64,000 bases of DNA from Octopus sinensis (lineage: Eukaryota): positions 84,878,001-84,942,000 of the forward strand of contig NC_043005.1 in assembly GCF_006345805.1 (NCBI RefSeq), read 5' to 3'. Positions 39,153-51,618 of this stretch are shown here, piece by piece. A program made the translations under genes and the position numbers. Within the stretch, counting starts at the first letter, position 1. Each line of letters starts with the position of its first letter. Under the pieces are notes generated by a model that worked only from the letters and a program-made list of their open reading frames with translations, did not search any database and was not told where the DNA came from.

Positions 39153-39599
39153 CTGATTACTTTCATAAGTGTGAGAGGAGGTGAAAAAAATAGCTGTTGT
39201 CGAAGTTTGAAATAAATTTATTATTTGACTGCTAAATTTATTTTTTCATCTATCATGAATTATGGTAGCCATGTTGAGAGACACCCAAATTCCATGGTTG
39301 ACTGAATTGATATTGAATAGCTTCTTTGTATTATTAATAAATTTGTGTGTGTATGTGCACATGTATGTGTGTGTTATGTGTGCACACACGTGTGTATATA
39401 TGTTTGCACACAACTCCCGCCCACACACTCACACACACACACACACACACACACAACACACACACACACATGTAAGCGCACAAATGTAAGAGTGTAGTAC
39501 TCAACACATTTGGTAAGAATTACAGATATTTTTAATAACAGCTTAACTCACATGACTTAGTTTTGTTGCTGTGTCAAGCAGGTCTATCTCATCAGGCAC

Positions 39600-40300
39600 T
39601 AGGTAAAGAATGGGTGTTTTGAGAAAAATTAAAGCTGGCATCTAGCTTTATAGACCTTTATTGGCATGTTCAGGTCACATGATAATAAGTATCAGCATCT
39701 ATTTACTTCAGTTTTATAGGTCTCTGTGTATGGACAAAATTTTGATGGGGCACTGGCTTCATTTTGGCAACAGACTGTGGCATAGAGTATTCAGTAACAT
39801 CAGTTTCTTGTATTGAGTACTGCACATGGCGAGATGAGATCTTGGCATGTGTCAATCATCAATTAGAGGAATATGAATACATTAGTGGCAGCAATCTTTA
39901 AATGGCAGTAACCAAATTTGATTTTGTTGGATTACATTTGAGGCTGCGTGATCAAGACGGATGAGCATAACCAAGAACGATAGTCTACATGTGCAGCAGG
40001 GATTAAATACCCTGTCCTTGTGTGTTGGAAATCTATACCTAGGGTGGCATATCTGGATTGTCACCTGATAGAGGCTTGAGGCTCATTATCAGAATGTGCT
40101 TTTGGTGGTTACAATAATTCATTCTTTCTATTGGTGGATACTACAGATTGGTGGAACATGCATAGTAGTATCTCACAAAGGCAGTTGGACATTGTGAGTG
40201 TGGAGGGGCACTGTTTGTAATATTCCATTTGTTGTTGGGTCAGTCATTTCAATGGTCTTCTATCTATCCTGACGATGTAGGACAGAGAAGGAGAATTTTT
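39600..40300 (-). mobile_element. Possible decayed Gypsy integrase region
   Basis: Minus-strand ATLGIDFQHTRTGYLIPAAHVDYRSW loosely resembles the start of an integrase core. Many stops are present. Confidence 0.25.
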
Positions 40301-40443
40301 CCCATCTCTGCACCTCAAGGAGTGCATGTGCTGTGTATACCTTCTCTTAAACTTATATATACATATAAATTTAATAGCAGTCACAAAAGTGACAGCAGGT
40401 ACTGACTAACACCACTTTTGTTAAATGCCCAAAAAGCAGTCTG

Positions 40444-40504
<61 letters not shown>

Positions 40505-40576
40505 TTGTTTGTCTGTCTATATATATATCCTTTTATTCTTTTATATATTTCAGCCTAGAGGGCATGGTCATGCTGG

Positions 40577-40613
<37 letters not shown>

Positions 40614-41009
40614 GCATACATATTATAGTTTACCACATGAATTACATTTTGCCAAAAAGGTAATTAAAGGCATAAAGCTGGTTGTGATTTCACTGAATGT
40701 TAGCTTTGAAGATTTGGTATGAATGGTAACTGAGTAGACTGGTTCTTTGGCTGAACAATTTCTAAATGGACCAAGAGATTCCTCACAGAATGGTAATAAA
40801 TGTGATGTAGAAAAAGCAATTTGGTGCAATGCATTATATGTCATTAGTGTCAGTCTTTGTGGTAGGCAAGGATGGAGACAAACTGGGTGGAGTATTAAAT
40901 ATGGCTGAGTGACATGAATTAATGATAAACTCTGGATTGACAAACAAGTATTAAATATATCAAATTGTTGCCTGTAAGATAAATGTAGGACCTACAATAG
41001 ATACATTAC

Positions 41010-41560
41010 ATATCCCATCTAGAAGGATATGCCTCTTCAGGAACAAGAGATATCCATTAAATACCGGATGAACAAGTGGGACAAAGATTCCATTAAACCT
41101 TCACATTGTGATAAAAATGTTGGTTCTGTTATTTCAGCGGGGAAGACATTACACACATCATCAGCAGCTGCCAGAAAATGTCTATAAGATACTGCTTGCC
41201 TCTGAGGCACGATATAGTTGCAAAGACTATTTACAGTGTTAACAGTAGGAAGAATTGACCTGACGTATACATGAAAGGCATATCAGAACCAGCAGGTATT
41301 CATACCTTTAAAAACAAGGAATTCTGGTGGAACACGCCAATAAAAGTAGTAATTCAGTGCAAATGGAAGAGACCGGATATTGATCTGTAGGACAGAGAAG
41401 AAAAGTCATGCTCTGTTGTAGAGGTCACCTGCAAAGAGGATGTGAATGGACAGTCAAAAGTTGAAGAAAAAGAGAACATTTATGGTGAATTAATGTCGAA
41501 CTCACAACCCTCGTACCCTGACGATGAATTCTTGTTTGTACCCACCATCATAGGTGTATG
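41010..41560 (+). mobile_element. RLE-type non-LTR retrotransposon fragment
   Basis: Reads QEQEISIKY..CDKKCWFCYFSGEDITHIISSCQKMSIRYCLPLRHDIVAK..EFWWNTPIK..KRPDIDL.DREEK.CSVVEVTC..EEKENIYGEL..YPDDEFLFVPTIIG. Confidence 0.8.
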
Positions 41561-41969
41561 AGGTTATGTATCAACAAATTTTCACAAAAACCTAGAAATC
41601 ATCATCATTTAATGTCCATTTTCCATGCTGGCATGGAGTGGATAGTTCCACTGGGGTCTGGGAAGCCAGGAGGCTGCACCAGGCCCCAGTCTGATCTAGC
41701 AGTGTTTCTCCAGCTGGATGCCCTTCCTAACATCAACCACTCCGAGAGTGTAGTGGATGCTTTTTATGTGCCACCATCACAGGGGCCAGAGGAGCTGGCA
41801 TCGGCCATGATCGGATGGTGTTTTTTACATGCCAGTGGCACGGAAGCCAGTACAAGGCAGCGCTGGCTGCGGCCAGTGTATAAATACCTATGTCTATGTG
41901 GAGAGAGGAAAAGGAAGAAAAAAAGCTAGTGGTGTAGAAAGAGATAGAGAGAGACAGAGAAAGAAAGAG

Positions 41970-42011
<42 letters not shown>

Positions 42012-42430
42012 TCAGACAGATAGAGCTTAGATAAGTGAATAGATAAATAGAACAATAATAAAACAGATATCATTAAATAATCTCCTTGGCATGTGGATTA
42101 TTGCAAGCTTCTCCATGTGTGTGACTGCATGTGTGTGTATTTCTCTGTGTGTGTGTGTGTGGTGTGTGTGTGTGTGTGTGTGTGTGTGTATTTCTATGTG
42201 TGATGTGTGTGTAATGAATATTTCATCAAATAATATATTTATCGTGGTAATGTGTTATTTGTTTATACATGTGTAAATATTTGCACCAAGATGTGTGTAC
42301 ACAACAAAACACATGTGACTTAATAATATCTCTCTCCAGATATACAAAACATGTGTGTGTGTGTATGTATACAGGTGTGTATGCATATATAAGCATATGT
42401 CTGTATATATGTGTATATATATATATATAT

Positions 42431-42466
<36 letters not shown>

Positions 42467-42794
42467 TATATATATTCATAATGCATGTGAGTATATATGT
42501 GTGTATGTATATATGTGTATATGTATGTGCATGTGTGCGTGTATATATATATATATATACATATATTTATATATGTTTATATATGTATATGAATACGTAT
42601 GCATATATATGTTTGTATATACATGCTTGAATATATAAGTATATATGCTTATGTATGTTTATGTAAGTATTTAGGTTTATGTATGTTTATATATATGCAT
42701 GTATATATATATATCTATATCTATCTATCTATCTATCTATATATATATATATGCACGTATGTATATGTGTATATAAATATACAAATGTATATAT

Positions 42795-42837
<43 letters not shown>

Positions 42838-43483
42838 ATGAATGTGCAATCATATAATCATATAATTTTATGTAATTTGTTAATAAATAATTGTGCACAG
42901 ATGTATGCATGTCTGCATGCACCATACACTAAACACACACACACACACGCATGTTTGTGCATGCGTGCATCATACATCACCTTGGCAACTATCAAATTAA
43001 TCTCCTGAGTTTATTTCACACCTTCTCTGATCGCTCCTAAGTTGCTATCAATTCTAGTTTGATCTGAAAATCATAGTGACTAATCAATCATCATTAGTGA
43101 TTCCCAGAATCCGATCTCTTCGACAATGTCTTCACTGCCATCATCTTCATAGAGCAGCCGCCACCATCGTAATTTTCTCTTCCATTTTCGCTATATTTTC
43201 TATGATTTCTTGTAATATTTATTTGAGGCCTTTTACAGAGAAGAGGAAATTGGTTGTGTATGCATATGTGTGTGTGAGAGAGAGAGAGAAGGGTGAGGGG
43301 AAGAGGAAGAGAGGGAAAGGAGGGGGTGGAGAAAGAGAGATTGAAAGGGTACAGGGAAGAGAGAGGAAGAGAGGGGATGAGAGAGGCTGCATTAGCTGTT
43401 GACTGGTACACATTTACAGCTAAGTAGACTGGGGCAATGTAAATTGCATAAATATACAAAATAATAATAATAATAATAATAAA

Positions 43484-43676
43484 TATTATTATTATTATTA
43501 TTCAGGTCTTAACCACTACGCCATAGGCCCATGGGCATATGGCATAGTGGTTAAGAGCATGGGCTACTAACCCCAAAATTCCAAGCTCAATTTCAGGCAG
43601 TGACCTGAATAATAATAATCAATAAAATAATAATACTAATATTAATATAATAATATAATAATAATAATGATGATTG

Positions 43677-43710
<34 letters not shown>

Positions 43711-43765
43711 TTAATAATAATAATAATAAATAATAATAATGATGATAATAATAATAATAATAATA

Positions 43766-43804
<39 letters not shown>

Positions 43805-43970
43805 TGATGATGATGATAATAATAACATCGAAAATTACTTTTGGAATGAGAACCCAGGTTCGAAATTTCCCCAAGACACCTGATGAAGGCAGGAGGGTTT
43901 ATCAGCTGAAACGTTGTTAACAACAAACAAGATGAGGACAAATATCCGTCAAATGTAAATAATGTGCATA
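43484..43970 (+). mobile_element. tRNA-headed HHR element, copy 2, with inverted head
   Basis: Inverted (ATT)n-caggtc-ttaaccactacgccata at 43484-43525, palindrome GCCCATGGGC 43527-43536, head, AAT tract, and core CTGATGA 43880-43886 with GAAA 43908-43911. Confidence 0.8.
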
Positions 43971-44371
43971 ATGTATGATACACTTTTGTACGTATGCAAG
44001 ATATTAACAGTTAAGTGTAATAAATGCATGGAAATAATATTTATTTGTATGGTCATTCTTGCTCACAACTGCAGTCTCTTGCTTAATTGCTTATTATCGA
44101 CAACATAATAATGACCCCCAACAGATTGGAACTAAATACAGTAATGTGTTAAGCCTGATTCTCTATTGATTCAACATCAAAACACCAGCGGCAACAACAT
44201 CATATCTGGAATTATTTTTACTGTCTTTTCACGCAACAGTTGTTTACTGTCAATTCATTAATGCATAGAATAACATACCTGTTCACTCTTAATATGTTCT
44301 GCAAGATTCGAGTGTGAATATGCTGGTCACTGTTGTTTTCCATCATCAGAGAACACTGACTCCCTTTCGAC

Positions 44372-44559
44372 CAGCAGCTCTCAACTGGGGTCCATATTAA
44401 GATTTTGTTGTCAGAGTCCACATGCACTAAATTAGTTATCTTTCTGTGATACACAAAATATTTTAACAACTTTTTAAACATTAAATGGCTATGAGGGCCC
44501 AGAAGAGTCAAACAGAAATCAAAAAGGTGCATTGGTAGGGAAAGGGTTGAGAAGCACTG
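44372..44559. mobile_element. hAT (Charlie-like) MITE
   Basis: Ends cagcagctctcaac / gttgagaagcactg. Imperfect 8-bp TSD ctttcgac / cttctgac. Confidence 0.6.
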
Positions 44560-44610
44560 CTTCTGACAATTTGTGTTCCTTACACACATGATTTACTGGT
44601 GTAAGGGGAA

Positions 44611-44659
44611 TTTGAGACACTGTGTTGTTTCAACCCTATTTTATGTCTTATCAGTCAAA
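44611..44659 (-). ncRNA. Type I hammerhead-like motif (G8A lesion)
   Basis: Minus strand: tttga CTGATAA gac [10 nt] gtt GAAA CA acacag TG TC^ tcaaa. A homologous copy lies at 45262-45310. Confidence 0.55.
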
Positions 44660-44977
44660 ATCACTTTGACGTACTGATGAAGCTAACAAGAGCAGAAGCT
44701 CCAGTGTGTAGAGGGAATCAACAAATGGATTGCTTACTGATGTCTGCCAAAATGGATAATAATTCATTGGGTTCACATTGAACTCTTTTACTCTATTACT
44801 TGTTTCAGTTAGTTGACTGCGGCCATGCTGGAGCACCACCTTTAGTCGAACAAATCGATCCCAAGATTTATTCTGTGTAAGCCTAGTACTCATTCTATCG
44901 ATATTTTTTGCTGAACTGCTTAGTTATGGGGACATAAGCACACCGACATTGACAGTCAAGTGATGGTGGAGAGACAA

Positions 44978-45008
<31 letters not shown>

Positions 45009-45261
45009 AACACACACACACGCACACACATATATGATGGACTTCTTTCTACCAAATCCACTTAGAAGGCTTTGAGGCTATAGTAGATGTCCAAGGTGCC
45101 ATGCAGTGGGATTGAACCCAGAACCATGTGGTTGGGAAGCAAGCTTCAGCTATTTGTTCTTCATATGTTTGGTAGATTCGATGTGTTTCATCAATGGAAA
45201 ATGCTTCTTTCTTTTGGTCAATGTCTGTTCATAATACATGTGATTCACCAGTGTACAAGGA

Positions 45262-45310
45262 CTTTGAAACACTAGTGTTTCACCCTTATTATGTGTCTCA
45301 TCAATCATAG
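45262..45310 (-). ncRNA. Type I hammerhead-like motif (C3U lesion) with palindromic stem III
   Basis: Minus strand: ctatga TTGATGA gac..ggt GAA ACACTAGTGT T^ tcaaag. The 10-nt palindrome ACACUAGUGU forms stem III. Confidence 0.5.
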
Positions 45311-45641
45311 CTACCCCACCAGGCTGATGAAGCTAACAAGAATATTTGCTTCCGTTTGTAGAAACAGCATAGAAATTACTTGCTGCTGTCTGTGAACAGA
45401 ACAGCAAGAATCCAAACAATAATGCGTTTTAGGCAGATTTAGGAATGGTCTCAAGGACACTTGAATTTCTTTCATGTTTTTTCCTTTTTGTATTAAAAGT
45501 AAATAGGAAACTCTTGATGTATTACACAAACCATGAATAAAAATTGCTTCTGATTTTGGTACAAAGCAAGCAATTTTTTGTGGGAATGGGTCGGAGTAGA
45601 GATTGTCAAGTGATGGTGGGGAGACAAACACAAACACACAA

Positions 45642-45680
<39 letters not shown>

Positions 45681-46503
45681 CACGCACACACGCATACACG
45701 CACACGTACACACACACACACATGCACACACACACACAAACACACACACACACGCACACACATATATGATGGGCTTCTTTCTACCAAATCCACTCAGAAG
45801 GCTTTGAGGCTATAGTAGAAGGCATTTGCCCAAGGTGCCACGCAGTGGGATTGAACCCAGAACCATGTGGTTGGGAAGTATGTAACTGGTACTTTACTTT
45901 ATTGACCTTGAAAGAATAAAAAATTAAGTCCACCCTGGTTTGATTTGAACTCTGAATATAAAAACTCAATATCAATGTTGGTGCTTTACTGATACTGTCA
46001 GTCTGCTACAGTTGATCACCATCATCATCATTGTTTAACATCTGCTTTCCATGCTGGCATGGGTTGGATGGTTTGACTAAGGACTGGCAAGCCAGAAGGC
46101 TGTACCAGGCTCCAATCTGATCTGGCAGAGTTTCTACAGCTGGATGCTCTTCCTAACAGCAACCACTCCGAGAGTGTAGTGGGTGCTTTTATGTGCCACT
46201 GGCACAAGGGCCAGTCAGGTGGTACTGGCAACAGCCACGCTCAAAAAGGTGTTTTTTACATGCTACCTGCACAGAAGCCAGTCTGGCGGCACTGGCAACG
46301 ACCATGCTTGAATGTTGTTTTTCAAATACCACCGGCACATGTGCCAGTAAGGTGACGCTCGCAATGATCATGCTTGAACGGTGCTTTTTATGTGCCTCCA
46401 GCATGGAAGAAAAATCCACGGCCCTGGCAATGATCAACAATCTCTGAATATAAAAACTCAATACCAATGTTGGTGCTTTACTGACACTATCAATCTGCTA
46501 CAA

Positions 46504-46535
<32 letters not shown>

Positions 46536-47420
46536 TTAACGTCTGCTTTCCATGCTAGCATGGGTTGGACGATTTGACTGAGGTCAGGCGAACCAGTCTC
46601 CAATCTGATCTGGCAGAGTTTCTACAGTTGAATAATAATAATAATAATAATAATATAATAATAATAATAATCATTCGGTAATAATAATAATTGGTTAGGG
46701 GCCAGTCAAGTACACCAATCACTTGTACTCCACTGGTACTTACTTTATTGAAAGGATGAAAGGTAAAGTGACCCTTGGTGGAATTTGAACTCACAATGTA
46801 AAGCTGGAAAAAATGCTGCTAATCATTTTGTCTGTTGCAGTAATAATTCTACCATTAATAATAATAACTTTTGGAATTTGGGGGTTAAAAGCTTAATTAC
46901 AGATCATGTAATTCTGTAATTATCAGTTTATTTAGGCTGAAAACTCTAAAAAATCCCACCATAGTAACATTGCCGTAGCAAAGCTAAGAATTGTATAAAC
47001 ATTATTGGTTTCTGTTATTGTTGTGTTGACAGAATTTATGTTTCTGGACATTTTTAACAGCAATTCCCCAAACTTCCATTTTGTTAAGGATGGTATTTTG
47101 AACATTAATGTAATCATTCATTAATTTCTGAGATATTAATGGGAGTTAGACGTCCCTGCGGTGAACAGATTGAGGATAATTTGCAAAAAGAAATGAAATA
47201 AAACAAAATGTCATTTCGCTCCAGTTTATCGCGTGTGGCAACCTGTCTTAGCAAGAAGTGAGACAACCTGAGCAATTGGTAAATAATTTATAGAGGAATA
47301 ATTTTTTTTTTTAGTTTTTGTTCAGTCTGTGCCCCCAACCACAGAGCTTTCCTGTGAATGTGTGCAGGAGCGTACACACGAGCATGTGTGTGCGTGGTGT
47401 TCATGTCTATGTGTGCTTGC

Positions 47421-47457
<37 letters not shown>

Positions 47458-48004
47458 ATGTGTGTGTGTGTGTGTGTGTATGTGTGTGTGTATTTCTATG
47501 TGTGTGTGTCTGTTTATTTGACTGGCTGTTACATTTTAATCAATGCATATAGTTTTATGCTTGTGGTTATTGACAAAGCAATCATCATCCGTTCGTATCA
47601 CATGTCCACACCGACCTAACCATTTCACCAATATAGTCCGACTGATGTCATTAATTTCCAACCACACCCATAACTCATTTATTCCCCCCACCTTTGTTCA
47701 CGTTAACAATACACAAAATAAATATTGAGTCCACCTCATTTGTTCCCAGCTTTTGTAGATAACTCATGTGCACCACACATGTATAACTGTTATGCATCAA
47801 TCACCACATTTCTTTTGATGCATGGACAGAGAAACGAGTTGTCATTAAATGACTATGGCTCGTTTAATAAAGACACTGTTTAAAAACGGATCCCATGATT
47901 ATATTCACCAGTTTTTTTATTCAAGAAACTATGCTTTTTTTATAGCCAACCCCTCATCCTTAAACATATCACCTTGGTAACATAAACTATAAACCACATC
48001 TTGG

Positions 48005-48321
48005 CAGTGGCAGACTGGCCTGGTTGCCAGCTTGCCCGATCGCAAGAGGGCCCCTGCGCCATTAGAATCCATATATGGGGGCCCGTGTTAGTATATAAGG
48101 GGCCCATACCCTCAAGTTTGAGAATTTTTTATTCCCTCTTGGAAGAATACATTAATTATTTCAGCGTGGTTGTGTTTGTAGATAGTTGAAAAGAATACTT
48201 TTAACAAAAAAAAGAAAAATTAAATGATAGCATTGTAGTTACGGGTGGGCCCCCTTGTAGATGTGGATGGGGCCCCCTTAGTCTTCTGGCAACCAATATT
48301 TTTAGACCCAGTCTTCCACTG
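48005..48321. mobile_element. hAT-type MITE
   Basis: 14-bp TIR cagtggcagactgg / ccagtcttccactg (13/14). 8-bp TSD catcttgg (47997-48004) / catctagg (48322-48329). Confidence 0.8.
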
Positions 48322-48491
48322 CATCTAGGGATCTATCTGGTAAAATCTAATAAGTTCCTGTTATTAAAAAATGGTTGTGCTCACTGTCAGAACTTTTAGA
48401 GTGCATTTATAGAATCTTAAGCTCTATTCTCTGTAAACACATCAGAGATCCTGTTACACCTGTAGAATTCTCATTATTTCCACTTAATACA

Positions 48492-48527
48492 AACTAACAG
48501 ACACCTATTTATTTCCTTTCTTTTCAG
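48492..48527 (+). promoter_or_regulatory. Candidate strong 3' splice site (branch point, polypyrimidine tract, CAG)
   Basis: aactaacagacacctatttatttcctttcttttcag. The downstream exon would begin at 48528. Confidence 0.4.
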
Positions 48528-50318
48528 TGATCGTGCCCAGTCTTCTATTAATATGTAGTTTGGAATTTAACTTGTGGACAAGCTGTAGCTCAACTTGAAA
48601 CTTTTGAACTATTGGTCATACTTCCTACGGAGAAAGCTTCAAGAAAATCAAGCATATAGCAGTCTCAAATATATTCGGTCTTATATCCTCAATAACTGGA
48701 TTATGTAGAAGAGAGCTGGGGTGAGGATAGATCCATGGTGAACGCTAATCACAACACTAATGCCACCGTCTTTGTATTCAATGTAAATTCTAATTTTGCA
48801 AATAGGAAATCTACGGAAATCTTGAATGACTTTGATAATCCATTTATCAACCTTCAGCTCATTAGTGCTTTATTGCAGACTATGGAATAAAGGAAATTAA
48901 TATTTTCACCAGATTGACAGACATTTAGGTGATAATTTGACATTTATTATCAAGCAATTAGAGTAATTAGACTGATTGGTTAGTTAAAGCAGACTTAGCT
49001 TTACAACAGCAGAACTGTTTCAATAACATCTTGTTGACATCTTCAAAGGCAACGAGGATAGCTAAGATACTGTTTAGAGCCCAAGACTCTCATCTCTCTT
49101 TTGTCCGAGTCCTCAAATGTATTGGGAAATTGCTGTTGTGACATGTTACCCTCAAGTCTTTTTGCTTCATTGCAGCTACATGTCAGATGCCTGTGGTCTG
49201 ACATGGAGATAGAGGTATAAAATACCTTCATATTACACCTTCATCATCTTTTCCTCTCTCCACCTCCATTTGTCACAGCTAAGTGTCAGACCTCACGTAT
49301 CCACTAATAATCAACCTGTCGATTCCTACATGTTTTCCTGTGTCTGCTCCCTTTCTTTTCCTCTTCACATTTCCACGAAAGATCAATTTATAAGAACCCT
49401 GGACTTTGATGCTTTGTGTTACCATCTCAAGGCTTTTTTCTCCAGTGTGGTAAGAGAGCCTTCCTTGGGACCAATTGAATGTTGGATGGTCTCACAGAAC
49501 TCTTCATTCATGATGTGATTCAGCTACAACATCCCTAGGAGTGATTCTCTTCTTTAAGTTTCATCCACTAATTTCAGGTTATATTAGAACACAAACTCAG
49601 CACAATCAACTTACAACCAAATTCTACCAAACGAACTTCTCAACAATTTACCAAGATCAATTCCATCTCTTGTAATAAGTCAGTTTTCTCTTTCTCCATC
49701 CATCCATGCATCGATTTTCACCACCCATTATTTCTGGGAGGGTCGTGGGTTAGGGTCCTATCAGAAGCAACCATCTTTAGATTTTTCAGTTGGATCCTCA
49801 AGTGTGACCAAATATAATTAAGGATATTACCCAGCCGTCTCATTCTTGGTCCCCCTTCAGATCCCTTGCCAGTTGGCTTGGCTCAAAGAATCTGTTTTCT
49901 GATTGTTTGTGCGACATTCCAGTTACATGACCACAGTACTGAGGCTGTGATCTTTCAATGCAAAGTAGTGATGGCTCAATTCAGAGAGTCTCCCTGATCT
50001 CCAAGCTACACACTTTAGAAATCCCTTATTCCACACCCAAAATCAAGTTGATAGTTTCAGTCATCGGACATCGACCATACTGGAGCACTATATTTAAGGG
50101 TTTCAAGCAAATGCCCACATGAGCTCTGGATGAGAAACTTATGCTATCGATGTCTTAAGGGGCCAAAGGAAAAAGAAATATGGTGTAAAGGAGCATACTC
50201 CAGGCAGAGGCCTATACAATATATGTTTCCTTAATACAGTTCTATATTTTTATTATGGCTTGGCTTCGCGAACGAAGATCAGGAAGGCTGTCCACATCGC
50301 GTGCATGCACGCTCATGA

Positions 50319-50722
50319 CTATATTTAAGAGATGAGGAATTATGTACATTATTTACATTATTTACATTTGACAGATATTTGTTCTCATCTTGTCTGTTGT
50401 TAACACCACGGGCATATGGTGTAGTGGTTAAGAGTGCAGGCTACTAACCCCAAGATTCCGAGTTCAATTCCAGGTAGTGACCTGAATGATAATAATAATG
50501 ATAATAATAATAATAATAACAACAATAATAATAATAATGATGATGATAATAATAATGATGATGATAATGATAACACCGAAAAATACCATAGGAATGAGAA
50601 CCCAGGTTCGAAATTTCCCCAAGACACCTGAAGAAGGCTGGAGGGTTTATCAGCTGAAACGTTGTGTTAACAACAAACAAGATGAGGACAAATATCTGTT
50701 AAATGCAAATAATGTAAATAAT
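50319..50722 (+). mobile_element. tRNA-headed HHR element, copy 3 (best preserved), flanked by 59-bp inverted repeats
   Basis: Inverted repeats 50348-50406 / 50664-50722 (55/59), A-box TGGTGTAGTGG 50417-50427, B-box GTTCAATTC 50462-50470, HHR 50623-50668. Confidence 0.85.
50623..50668 (+). ncRNA. Minimal type I hammerhead ribozyme, apparently intact
   Basis: gacac CTGAAGA a ggctg gagggtttat cagct GAAA C GT T^ gtgtt. It has an extra A after A9, palindromic stem III ACGU, and predicted cleavage after 50663. Confidence 0.75.
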
Positions 50723-51573
50723 ATATATTTTTCCTTTTTACTTGTTGTGGTCATTAGACTACGGCCATGCTGGAGCTCCACCTTAAATTTTAGTTGAATG
50801 AATCGACCCTATTACTTAGTATTTCTTTTAAGCCTTTTACTTATTCTTTTGATTTTTTTTGCAAAACTGCTAAGTCATGGGGATGTAAACACACCAACAC
50901 TGGTTGTCTAATTGTGGTGGAGAACAAACACAGACACAAAAACACACACACATTTACATGAAGGGCTTCTTTCAGTTTCCATCCACCAAATTCCCTCACA
51001 TTGTTTTGGTTGGACTAAGGCTATAGTAGAAGACACTTGCTCTAGGTGCCATGCAGTGGGACTGAACCCAGAACCATATGGTTGGAAAACAAACATCTTA
51101 CCACACAGCCACACCTGATACACATTACCATTTTATTACAACCACCAGAATAACAAGGGGTTTATGAAAGGAAAGATTTATTTTACTCAAAATTTATGAA
51201 TCAAGGGTTAGTTAAAAGTCTGAAAACAAGGACGGACATTTTGGACAGACTTATGAAAATGATTTGGACAGGCTAAAGGCTAATCATCAAAAACTAATTA
51301 AAATTACAGCAGTAGACGATGGCTGTTGGAAACATAGGAGGTGAGTGGAGGGCGTAGGGTAATTACTAACGAGTGCAAGCAATCATAACGTGACATCTCG
51401 TTAGAATGAAATTCCCTCTTTGGATGTCCAAGAAATGAATTTCGAAGAGAAAAATCATAAAATGGTAAACATGCACCAAAGTTATAAGATGGAAATTTAT
51501 GTTAGATAGCGTGACAAAAAAATATTTCCCTCTTTCCTCTTCACATCTCTTTATTAATATCTATCTATCTATC

Positions 51574-51618
<45 letters not shown>

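Noticed and set aside
49100-50050. Possible decayed LINE coding region
   Set aside because: The composition is suggestive, but I could not read any diagnostic RT or endonuclease motif.
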